Shown piece by piece: positions 1-11,329 of a stretch of DNA of 64,000 nucleotides; the first letter of the stretch is position 1; each line of letters begins with the position of its first letter. The notes below the pieces were generated by a model. It saw only the letters and a list, made by a program, of their open reading frames with translations, did no database searches and was not told where the DNA came from. The stretch lies in the NCBI RefSeq assembly GCF_030684315.1, contig NC_081380.1:34870705-34934704 (forward strand). Direction: 5' to 3'. Source of the DNA: Stegostoma tigrinum (taxonomy: Eukaryota). A program made the position numbers and the translations under genes.

Positions 1-53
1 AAAGTTTACAGCAATATGTATCCTGACTTTTTGTTTAATTTCTGATCTTCTAG

Positions 54-150
54 ACAAACCTGAACTAAATGAGGGAGATGATGGTCACACTTCTAGCAGA
101 TCTGCTGAATCTTGCTGTACTGGACAAGGGACTGTTGAAGATACTTGTAG
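54..150 (+). CDS. EXO5: EXO5 internal exon, low-complexity N-terminal region ([31 protein letters not shown])
   Basis: Acceptor ttctag at 52-53 and donor gtaatt at 151; open frame; phase-2 end joins the 1370 exon in frame. Confidence 0.75.
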
Positions 151-3100
151 GTAATTTTTAAGTATTTAATATCATTTATATATTACTGTGGCTAATCCTT
201 GTAGTACATTATAATAAGTCTTGGCTTGGAGATGTGGGTTAGATTGCTCATTTATCATTTAAATAGCTGAATGTGTCAATGCTTTTTATCAATTCAGCTA
301 TTCTAGCAATGTTAAACAAAACATTGTTGGTGCCTTCCTACAAGCTCCAACGCTGGCACTTGCAGTTCTTGTGAAATCCTTTCTTAATACTTTTCGGTGA
401 AATGAAAGAAGAAACAAAGGTGCAAAACACTAAATGGGTGAAAGCTTAGAAAGTGTTGTGTTGAAAGACATCTTTTCTCATAAGTCACTGAAAGCTAGCA
501 TTTGGGTGCAACAAGCAGTTCTGAAGGCAAATAGTATATTTGCCTTAATTGCAAGAGAAGTCTTGCTTCAATTGTATAGGAACATTGGTGACACCATACC
601 TCTAATATTGAATGCAGTCTGGTCCCCTTGCCTAAGGAAGGATATACATGCCATAGAGGGAGTACAGTCGAAATTCACCAAATTAAATGCTGGGATTGTT
701 GGACTGTTCTACGAGATACTTGGCCTGTATTCTCTGTTCAGAATTTCGAAAAGCAAGAGGCAATCTTATAGGAAGTGACACAGTTCTTAAAGGGATAAAC
801 TGTATATTACAGAAGGGATGCTTATTCTGTCTGCAGTGTGTAGAACCGGGTGATATAGCCTCTTATTCTGAGACTGTCTGGGACCGGGATGAGGAGGAAT
901 TACTTCACGTGTTGAATCTTTGGAATTCTCTTCCCTGAGATGGCTGAGTAAGCTCGCTCTTTAAGTAAATTCAGGGCAAAAAATTGCTATATTTCCAGTT
1001 ACCAATAACATTGAGGGATTTGAGACAACACGAGCATATAGCATTGAGGTAATTGATGACCCATGATTTAGAATGGCTGTACAGACTTAAAGGACTGAAT
1101 GACCTATTCATGCTCCTATGTTCTAATGATTATTTAGGAGAAGGAAACTGTTCTCTGTTTCAGGTAGAGCAATCTAATAACTAAAATGTCCATAATTGCA
1201 TGCTTTAACATCACACACCACCCCTGGTTTTGATAGCTGGTCGTTAATTGCAAGTATTTCCTATTAAAAGGAGAATTCGATGCTGAGGTGTTCTTTGCTT
1301 GCTTCTGCCCCCATAATTGGCAAGTAAATTTGGGCAATCAATCTTTCTCTTCCCCTCCCCTGACCCCAGTAGAAATGAGCAATCCTCTAATCAGTCTGAA
1401 CAGAAAAGCGAAATGCCGCCTGAGGGAAGTAGCACCAAACGGAGAAAGCAGGATGAAAGGATCCCGCTGGAACGCTTTGGCCGAAAATACCTGAATGTCA
1501 CTGACCTGACTAGACAGGTTTGGTGTGAGCAGCAAGTGGTGTATGGACTGGAACTGCCACACATTGAACAACTGCGAGAAGAAGTTCCAGTTGTGAAAGC
1601 AGGTAGCTGTCTACACCTGGCAAGAGGTAACTTTTTTTTTATGCTGAAATGAACATTGTTTGTCCCAGCATCATGGTGTAATAGCTGGAAACCACACAAT
1701 CCTAAGATGCAGACCTTCATCAACAATTCTGTGCTCTTGAAAAACAAAACCTGGCGGATGGTGGGAGGGGTGATTTGATACCGGTTTTAAAATTAGTAGA
1801 TGCAAAAAGAATGTTGTGGGGGAATAGCCTAACCAGAGGTCACTAATATATAGTGAGAAATCTAGTGGAGAATTCAGAAGAAACCTCTTCATCTAAAAGA
1901 TTGTGGAACCTGGTGCCATTTTGAGTGCTTAAGGTGTATAGAAAGATGCACTTAAGTGGAGACGAGACAAATGTGAGAAAGTGAATAGATGAGGAAAGCC
2001 GCAAAGCATCTTGAGTGGAGCTGGCATGGACCACGTGTCCTGTGACAACCTATGCTGTGCATTTTATATCAGTAAACAGGAATAAAGTGCTTTCCAGAAA
2101 AGAAAGGTGGTACAGCCAAGTGCTATTCATGTGCACCTTCTAACATTCAGTTCAAAAGCTCCTGTTACTGGTTGGCTGTATTTATCCATCCCAGCCCCAT
2201 TGATCAAAGGTCAACTGGTATCAACACGGGCATATAATAGCTTCAAAATTGGGAGGGGTAAGAGATAGTGTTCCAGTACTTCCAAGTAAAAAAAAATTGG
2301 TTTTTTTTTTCAGTGGTACCTTTTTTAAATTATTGGCAGTTGACTTTTGTTTAAATCTAGCACCGTAAATACACAGTGTACTTTTGCAAGTGTCCCTTTT
2401 TAATCTCCACTTTAAGTTTTTAAAATGTTTTGTTCTCTATGGTCAATAGATTTCTTCTTCCTCTTTTATGCATGCACCAAAAATATTGCTAAGTAATAGT
2501 TGCACTGATCTGCTTGCTTGCCTTCCTGGTCATTTTTCCTACGTATACAGCTCATAAGTGAGGGTATCTATTTTTCACTGTTTATTTCTTGCTTCTCACC
2601 TCCTTTCTTCTAAAGGCACCAATGTGCTGAGGGTCCACAGTCACTTCATCTTTGACTGTGTTTGCTTCCACAGTTGGGCTTGTTATTTGGTTCTGAGCTG
2701 CAGTGCAACCTAGTCCAATCCAATTCACATATTTAGGGGAGATGGTGTAGTGGTAATGCCACTGGACTAGTAATCAGGAGGTACAACCTAATACTTTGGG
2801 GATTACTGATTGAAAACCCATCGTGGCAGCTGGTGGAATCTAAATCTTAGTAATGGTGAATGATTGTCATAAAAACTCATCTGGCAATCTGCTGTTCTTG
2901 TGTTGTCTGGGTTGTTGCTGTCAGTCACATTTCACATGTGATGACTCTTAACTACCGTCACAAATGGCTACAAATTCAGACCTTGCCAACAATGACCGTT
3001 TCCTATTAAATAATTTATAGGGAACACATTTTCCAGCAGGGACATGGAGTAATGATCCGAAGTTGGAACTGTGTATTAGGCACTATTTTCTGCAATAATC

Positions 3101-6013
3101 TAACATGAATAGAGGAGGAATCAGAAGCTGATTCTACATCTGAATGAGGCTCCATTTATCTGTAGTTTGGTTAAATAAACTGCTGCCTGGGCAGACCTAA
3201 GGCTGATCTTGAGATTTAATTGAATCGCTGCTCCTAACAATTATTTAAGAACTAGTGTTGCTCCATTAATGAACAAAGTGGGCTGGGATTGAAATGTTTT
3301 CCTTTTTTAATGTAGATGTTTTTTGAACTTTTAATGACAGGGAGAGTTTAAGCCTATCTATCCAGTTTAATTCACACTGCAATTCTGCTGTGTGTTGTAG
3401 TCCTGGTATTAAAGAAGGTTCAGTAAAGTGTATTTCTGTTTCTTCTGCTTTAGAATTGGAGATCCAGGATATTGTCCCAATAAATGTAGAGAGCCGGGAA
3501 GATAGCTGGGCTGTGAAGATACTTAATCTCCTCTCAATGATCCAGTTCTTGCAAGCAGGTATGTTAAAGTATTGTCAGGTAGTTACCTTTAACAGTAGGA
3601 AGCTTCTTTCATCATTTTAAAAAAAAACCTCAAACATATTTTATACTACAAAGTAGCTTCCTGTAGCCAGGAAATCTGCTTCGGTGGCATTTTCCACAGC
3701 ATCATCCACTTTGCCTAATGTGCTGGAAAGGATTTTTTAAAAATTTGCCGCTTCAGAATATGACCAGCATCATAATGGTGAGATGTACCACCTATGCAAA
3801 CAGCTGAAAACTGTCTAGCTGAAAGATAATCAAGTTTGACTAATTGTCAACATAAGACTCAAATTTCTAACCATCAGCATGAGTAGTGAATGTCATTTGT
3901 GGCTGTCCATTCAACTGTACTGTAACAAAGTGATTTGGTTGTGTATTGAATAGGAGAGCGTGTCCGAGAGCTGCCAGTCTTTGGAGAGCTAGAGGGGATT
4001 TTTCTGGTTGGTGTTGTTGATGAGCTGTGCTATAATTCCAAAGGTGAACTGGAATTGTGTGAACTGAAAACTCGTGGTCAGCGAACATATCCCAGTGCAG
4101 CTCAAAGGAAGAGTCATCTGTTTCAAGTAAGTGGGTGCAGTAATTTGGAAAGAATCTGTTTTCATGGCTCACTTTAGTCGGTTATTTAAAACACCAACAA
4201 CGTCTTTTTGCATCATGCTTTACACCATTTTGGAACAACAATGACTGGTAATTGAATTGGTAAAGCGATATCCTAATTATGTTTTGTACCACTGCTTAGT
4301 AGGGTCATATCAACACAACACTTACTCTAACCTTACAGTTCAATATGTTCATGGAGTCTCTGCACATTAGTGCAACTTCAGAGTTGGGGTTGTGGAGATA
4401 CTTTCATGAACTGTCTGTTTGGCTTATTCGATAGCTGTCTCACCCATGGGTCAGAAAGTTTTAAGCCTCCCTTCAAGTCTCTAGTGAACAAACACGTCCA
4501 GTGCACTGAGATACTAGGAAGTGCAGATGCTGGAGAGTCCAAAATAACAAGGTGTAGAGCTGGATGAACACAGCCGGCCAAGCAGCATCTTAGGTGCAGG
4601 AAAGCTGACATTTTGGGCCTGGACCCATCATCCGATCAGAATATAGAAAATGTTGTTATATCCTTAAAAACAGTAAAGACAATATTTCCATACAATTTTT
4701 GTCTTGTAATCTCTAGCTACAAAATCTTGGTAGTCCACTGTACCGCTATGTGATTCAGTACAGTCTGATAAAGCAGCAGTCAGGATTTACAGGATTTCAT
4801 GTAGATTGAACTTAGGTTGGACTTAAAGACTTGATACGTAAATTCAACAATAATTGGCTGTTACATGTGTCTACACTATGCATATATTGGAAACACCGAA
4901 GGTTGGTTTCTCTCCAACTACAGAAATCAATTATTTCTATCATGTGCTGGTTTTTAACCCTGTAATTATAGTTACCGAATGTGATAGCTGCCTGATTCAA
5001 AATACTGCTTCATTTAGTCTCCCTGATCAATATTCCTCCTTCAACCAATTTCTCATTAATACTTGTGTGGCAGTCCTGCTGCACTGTCGCTGCTGTGGCT
5101 CCACACAGAACAGTTTTAGTGCTATTAAAAAGGGAGTTCTTCAATGAGAAAACCCACTGTTTTAAATGCCAGTATTTATTTCCTGGTGTTTGTTGTGTTT
5201 CGTGATCACGTTGGGTAAATTGAACATTATGTCACTACATTTCAATTGGGGAGCAGTTATAAATTACTGTCATGCCATTTAAGCATGGATTATAAACCTT
5301 TTTTTAAAAACAAGTGTGCTGCACAACCAGGAAACTAATGATGAGCTCTGCTGTGTGAAATGAATAGCAAAGGTATGTTGAAGTGAAATAAAGAACTGCA
5401 CATACTAGAGATCTGAAACAAAAAAACAGAAATTTGTGAAGAAACTCCATTCTAGTAGCATCTTGGAGATAGTAAGTCTATATTGGAGTGATGTTGGCTC
5501 TGTGTTATGATCATTTTCATAAAACTAAATCCTTTTTATTACCAGGTTAACATATACAAACTTCTCTTCGAGGCTATGATAAAAGGCAAACTGAACAAGG
5601 AAACCATCACTGACCACCTTCGCTTACGGACAGAGCAGCCCTTTAGTTCGGAGATTCTGATGCATGCTCAAAAGGTGGGATTTTCCATAAACACATTTGG
5701 TGACCTTCTGGATTTAATGTTGCTAAACCTGACGTATGCAGAGATCCCCAATATTGACACCATGAAGATAGAATACTGTTACCAAGCGGATGCCTCTCTA
5801 ATTGGAACAGAAGTGGTGTACTTTGAAGAGGAGTGGGTTAAAAGTGAGCTAAAGCATTATTGCTCCTTCTGGAAGGGCCAGAGGGAGGCCAAGGGTGTGG
5901 ATATTGAGGAGGCATGGAAATGTCGGTCTTGTGACTTTGCAGACATTTGTGAGTGGAGACATAGTAAAGCTGAAGAAGCTACGCAAAAGAATAGAGCAAA
6001 TAAAAGCAAATGA
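54..6013 (+). CDS. EXO5: Exonuclease V (5'-partial; coding exons 54-150, 1370-1626, 3454-3558, 3954-4126, 5546-6013)
   Basis: All introns are GT-AG with matching phases (2,1,1,0). The spliced protein has [57 protein letters not shown] and [15 protein letters not shown], i.e. a RecB-like nuclease core plus four Fe-S cysteines, matching the recalled human EXO5 sequence. Confidence 0.96.
430..1125 (+). mobile_element. CR1 LINE 3' fragment (decayed)
   Basis: [28 protein letters not shown], the CR1 ORF2 C-terminus. Confidence 0.85.
1370..1626 (+). CDS. EXO5: EXO5 exon (first Fe-S Cys, WCEQQ)
   Basis: Acceptor ccccag and donor gtaact; lies within ORF 1317-1652. Confidence 0.95.
3454..3558 (+). 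CDS. EXO5: EXO5 exon ([35 protein letters not shown])
   Basis: Acceptor ctttag and donor gtatgt. Confidence 0.95.
3954..4126 (+). CDS. EXO5: EXO5 catalytic exon ([58 protein letters not shown])
   Basis: Translated by hand (absent from the ORF track); acceptor aatag and donor gtaagt; carries the D...ELK nuclease motif. Confidence 0.95.
4507..4640 (-). mobile_element. Penelope pseudo-LTR fragment with degenerate hammerhead
   Basis: Matches 37064-37195. Confidence 0.8.
5546..6013 (+). CDS. EXO5: EXO5 last coding exon (CxxCxxxxxC Fe-S motif, stop TGA)
   Basis: Acceptor accag; lies within ORF 5507-6013. Confidence 0.96.
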   Translation, partial: VNIYKLLFEAMIKGKLNKETITDHLRLRTEQPFSSEILMHAQKVGFSINTFGDLLDLMLLNLTYAEIPNIDTMKIEYCYQADASLIGTEVVYFEEEWVKSELKHYCSFWKGQREAKGVDIEEAWKCRSCDFADICEWRHSKAEEATQKNRANKSK

Positions 6014-7129
6014 GGATCGCAATCAACATTTGGTTTTAAACCAGACCAACAGATTTGTCTTCTAACCAGAAGGAAGCCACCATCACGGTACTGCTGTAGG
6101 ATGTAAGCACAGTAATATCTGAATGCTCCTCGATTAATGCCAGCATACTGATTTCATTCTGTGACTTTGCTGTCCTGAACATAACTTTCCAAATATTGTC
6201 TGGGATATCCTGCTTGCTGCAGAGGGGATTTCCATTAACTCCTTTCTACTGCCTGACAGCAGTTTTCACTCTAATGTATTTTTGTGGCGAAGTGCCTTGT
6301 GATACTGTTAACTATTGGCATTAAGTTAGTGGCCTTTTGGGCAGATGTGATTTCCAACAGGCTAAGGTTAGTGTCTGTTTCAGCATTTGTTGATCTCTGC
6401 CTAAATGCTGCCACTTCTTTAAAAATGTAAACCTTGCCCATCATGTTTTTGTGTGCGAGTCTCCTGGCCTTAAATAGTTGATGTAAAAGTGAGGAAGAGG
6501 AAAACAGTTTCTGTTGTTCTAATCTGATAGGCCATGATTTTGAAGTATAGTGACTGTTGTAAAGTGGAGCTAGTAATTTTGTGTTGATGTACAGGCTGTA
6601 CAAGTGGTCATCATCACTAAGCTTGCCAAATTTCTCTTTTTCACATCTCTTTGCTGTCAGTTTTATACGGTACAACCTAAAAACATTTTATTGATCTTGC
6701 CCTCTCAATCCTTCTAATTCGGGAAACATGATTATAAACTGAGGAAGGAGTTTGAAAGAAAAAGTAATCACTTTTAGCTATCACTAATTTTCTGCCCTTC
6801 ATCTTCCCTATCTCCTTTTCCCCCTTACACCTCCCCTTTTGAAAGAACTAACTTCCTGGACGTACAAGCCTCCAGATGTCTCTAAATAGCCCTGATTCAC
6901 GGCTTTAGAGCAGGGGCATCACATACACTAAACTTATCGTCACCCAACATCTACATGCACCTAGCTAGGGTCGATAAACAGTGAATACTCCAGTAATTTT
7001 TGCATCTTCTCATTCCTCTTGCTTGAACTGTACTTTCCTTTCTCCTACTTTTGCTTGTGTGAGACCAGTCTGTTAATTGAAGACACATTGCGAATTGAAT
7101 TTGGAACTTTCTCGATGTGACTAGTTTGA

Positions 7130-8000
7130 TTCACCCGGTCCACGCTGACCATGTTTCCAAACTAAACTAGTCCCACTTGCTCATGCTTGGCCCATATTCC
7201 CCCCAAACCTTCCCTATTCATGTACTTATCCAAATGTCTTTTTAAATGTTGTAACTGTTGTACCTACATCCACCACTTCTGGTGGCAGTTCATTTTCACA
7301 CAAACCACTGAGTTTTAAAGAAAAAAGTTGCCATTATGTCCTTTTTCTTTCTAAAACTTTCTCCTCTCACCTTCAAAAACTAGCAGGCATCCCAACCAAC
7401 TAAGGAAAAGATCCTTGCTATTCCACCTCATTTATACCGGTCATGATTATATAAACCTCTAGAAGGTCACCCCCTCAACCTCCTATGCTCCAGTGCAAAA
7501 GACCGATGTTATTTTTTAATAACCCAATCTCTCCATTCCTGGCAACATCCTGGTCAATCTTTTCTGAACCCTCTCCAATTTAATAATGTCCTTCCAATAA
7601 GTGGGTGACTAGAACTGCACACAGTACTCCAGAAGAGGCATCCCCCCAGAGTCTTTTTCAACCACAACGTGACATCCCAACTCCTATACTCCAAGAAAAA
7701 CAGAAAGAACTGCAGATCCTGTAAATCAGGAACCAAAACAGAAGTTGCTGGAAAAGTTCAGCAGGTCTGGCAGCATCTATGAAGAAAAAGGAACTCCGTT
7801 CTGAGGAAGGGTCACCGGACCCGAAAGGTTAAATCTGATTTCTTTTTTTCCTTCAGATGCTGCCATACCTGCTGAGCTTTTCTAGCAACTTTGTTTTTGT
7901 TCCTATACTCAAAGAACCAAGTAATGAAACATGCTAAACACATCCTTAACTACCCTGTCTATCTGTGACACAAACTTCAAAGAACTATGTACCTGAACTC
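7130..8000 (-). mobile_element. CR1 LINE 3' fragment interrupted by a pseudo-LTR insertion
   Basis: EYRSWDV..EYCVQF-type sequence on the minus strand. Confidence 0.8.
7698..7900. mobile_element. Fold-back pseudo-LTR insertion with hammerhead core at 7801-7830 (+)
   Basis: Inverted arms; CTGAGGA-A-GGGTC-ACCG-GACCC-GAAA; TSD at 7682-7697 and 7901-7916. Confidence 0.85.
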
Positions 8001-8672
8001 CCTTGAAGGTAAAATGCTTCGGGATTATCTTGATATCATTAAATCTCTCAATCAATGTTGGATCATTGTGGAGTTGTATTCAGAAAGTCCATATTACAAG
8101 GGGTGAGACAATCCTTTCCAAGTAGGGCTCTGCCAGTTGTGGGGCTCCAGCATATGGTGCCATACCATGTGAATGTCTGTCATGCAAAAAACCTACTGAA
8201 AGTATTCTCTCTTTTTTTTTTGTAGGAGCAAGTCATCAGTCCAGACTTTTGGTTATAATTAATAACAAAGCCTGCAGGAATCTGAAGGGGAATAAAACTA
8301 GGGTGGTGGGGAAATGTTACTTTTGAAGTAAAGGTGATTCCATGAAATTAAGGCTAAGACTTCGTACTTAATCTTCAGGATGTTAGCATCTGCATGTTTA
8401 GCATGTGTTCATGCAAAATTCCTTTGTACAGTATTCAAAGCTAATTGTAATAGTTCATTTTTAATGGCACAAAAAGAATTTCATAGGAAAAGCTAAGCAG
8501 TGTTCCATAAGGTAATCACCGTCTTCTGTCTCTAAGAATTAAGCTACACTTACTAGTAAGCTAGATATTACAATTACTAAGTTCCAAAAACGTCCAGATT
8601 TTATAAGGACAGTTTTTGGTAAAGCAGAACTTATGGCCCTGGCTATAAAGTTCAATACACTACGTTTACACA

Positions 8673-9256
8673 TAGAAGTAAAGAACGATGGAAGCTGGAG
8701 TTCTGACATAAAAACAAAGTGCTGGAGAGAAGCAGCAGGTCTCGTAGCATCTGTGGAGAGAAAGAGACCGGAATTAATGTTTCAAGTCGAATAACTCTTC
8801 AGATCTAAAGATGGCTGGAAAATTATGGTTTTTATGCTTCAGACAATGAGAGGAGGAGCAAGTTGAACAGATGGTGAGGCTGCCTGGAGCAAAAGCCAAA
8901 AGGAGTGCTGATGGTAGAAGAGGAGAGCTGTAGATGTAGCATGTGTTTATGGAAGTTGTAAGTAGCAGAAAATAGGTCAGCTCTGCTACTAACCTCTACC
9001 ATTAACACCTGTTCTACATCTATATCTCTCCATTGCTATTAGTATCCTGTTGCCTTTTACTGTCGGCAGCCTCACCATCTGTTCAACTTTTTCCTCCTGC
9101 TGTTCCCTCTTTTTTTTTTGCGAACAGCAAAAAGGCTGTCATTTTCCAGCCCCCTTCAGTTCTAAAAAAATTCCATTGGACTTGAAACATCAATTCTGTT
9201 TCTCTTTCCACAGATGCTGCTGGATCTGCTGAGTTTCTTCACCATTGTATTATTTT
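8673..9256. mobile_element. Older fold-back pseudo-LTR-like insertion
   Basis: Inverted arms at about 8715-8825 and 9140-9245; candidate TSD at 8658-8672 and 9257-9271. Confidence 0.7.
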
Positions 9257-9576
9257 CACTACATTCACACACTTACACTGAATTTTTTCTTCATGGTTTT
9301 ATTCTCTAAATGATCACTAATGTAATGTCTCATGCATTCCTCTATCAGATTTCCTTAACTTGGAGTATCTTAATGTTATAATGTAAAATGCACTTTTATT
9401 TATAAATGAACAAAATTGTCTCATATACCATTTAAGTACGTTATTTTGTGAACTTTTGTAAAGCTCACATATTAAAATTGTTTGCAAAGTTTTGATTGAT
9501 CCTGTTTCCGATTTTTATCCTGCGATAGAAATGCAAATATTTCTATAACTTTAGCATTGCATGGATGATGTCTGTT

Positions 9577-9926
9577 AGGGGAGGCAATGGCCTAGTGGCA
9601 CTAATGCTGGACTAGTAATCCAGAGACACTGTTCTGTGGACCCAGGTTCAAATCCTGTAATGGCAGATGGTGGAATTTGAATTCAATAAAATATCTGGAA
9701 TTAAGAATCTAATGATGACTCTGAATCCATTGTTGATTATCAGGTAAAACCCATCTGGTTCATGAATCCCCTTTAAGGGAGGAAACTGCCATGCTTACCT
9801 GGTCTGGGCCACGTTTGACTCCAGACCCACAGCAATGTGGTTGACTCTTAACTGCTGTCTGGGCAATTGGGGATGGGCAATAAATGTTGCCTGTCCAGCG
9901 ATGCCCTCATCCCGTGAATGAATAAA
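9577..9926 (+). mobile_element. tRNA-derived SINE with LINE-derived tail (other copies at about 2736-3010 +, 45095-45590 -, 54480-54840 -)
   Basis: A box TGGCCTAGTGG, B box GGTTCAAATCC, tail ..CATCCCGTGAATGAATAAA; dispersed copies within the window. Confidence 0.8.
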
Positions 9927-10494
9927 GGGGGGAAAAAAAAACAAAAAACGTAGAGCTGTAGAGAGACGAAGTGCTTTTATTTTTGGGAATAATACTTATT
10001 TGTTCGTGGGCTATGGGTGTCTCCAGGCCAACATATAGTGTGCATTTCTAATTGCACTCGAGTGCTGGTGGACTGTTTTCCTGAACCATCGCAGTCGATG
10101 GGAGGTAAGTACACCCAGTGTACTGTTTAGAGGAGAGTTCCAAGATTTGGCCTGGCAACAGTGAAGGAGCAGCAACGTGGTTCCAAGTCCAGTTGGTGTG
10201 TGGCTTGGAGGTAATGCTCCTTGCTGCTGTTGTCCTTCTATTGGTGGTGGAGGTTGCAGGTTTGAGTGGTGCTGTTGAAGAACCCCCTGAGTGTTGCTGC
10301 AGTGCATGGGCATTTTCAGCAAATTGAAGGGTGTGCAGAACTGACACAGTTGTTGCAGTACATTCTTGTAGATGACACATGCTACCAGGTGGGCAATGAG
10401 TATTTTAAAGAAGTGAATGTGTTCAGATCAAGTAGGCTTTTTTAAAAAAAAGTTCTGGTACTGAACTGCTTGAGTGTTGTTAAACACTGAAAAC

Positions 10495-11260
10495 TAGGGG
10501 CAGGAGTAGGCTATTCATCATGTTCTAGTATTCAATAAAATCATGGATGCTCTGGTCATGTTTTGAGTTTCTCATTCCCATCTACCCTGAATCTTTTGAG
10601 CTTGTTGTCCAACAAAAATCTAACTAACTCTGTCTTAAAAGTATTTAATTACCTTGGAGGGGGGAAAAAAAATCACCTTTATCCTGAAAGGCTGACCCCT
10701 AATTTTTATACAGTGGCCCCTAATTCTGGGCTCACCCACAAAGGAAACATCCTTTGCTTGTAAAGGCTATTCAGCATCTTCTGCACTTCAATTCAATGAC
10801 CCCTCTCTCTTCTAAACTCCAGTAAAACTGCCAAGTCGGTCCAACTTTTCCTTGAAGGACAACACACTCATTCCAGGTATTAACCTACTATACTTCCTCT
10901 GATCCATCATGTTTTTGGATCCTTAAATAAGGAAACCAAAACTGCATATCATATTCAGAATGTTGTCTTATTAATGCTGTGTTTAACTGAGACAATGTCC
11001 TAACTTTACTGTTCATTTCCTCTCAATAAATGATAGTATGCCATTTAGTGTTTCTAATTACTTGCTGTACCAGCATACTCATGTTTTGTGATCTAAGCAC
11101 AAGAACACTTAGATTCCTCTCTGCCTCAGTTCGATAGTTGTTCTCTGTTTTGAATTGTACTGATTTTGGCAGAAAGATTGAAAAAAAAATGAAAAGCTCC
11201 ACACTGACCCACATTATACTCCTGCCAGATTTTTGCCCACTCACTCAATCAAGCGAACTC
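10495..11260 (-). mobile_element. Old CR1 LINE fragment
   Basis: Similar to 28050-29220. Confidence 0.7.
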
Positions 11261-11329
11261 CATCTGCATGTATTGATCTCTACTGAATGTTTTGAAAACA
11301 TTGAAGCAGATGCTGAAGCATGAGCTCTT

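Noticed and set aside
6271-6675. 134-aa minus-strand ORF behind EXO5
   Set aside because: Non-ATG start, no motif, and antisense to the probable EXO5 3' UTR.
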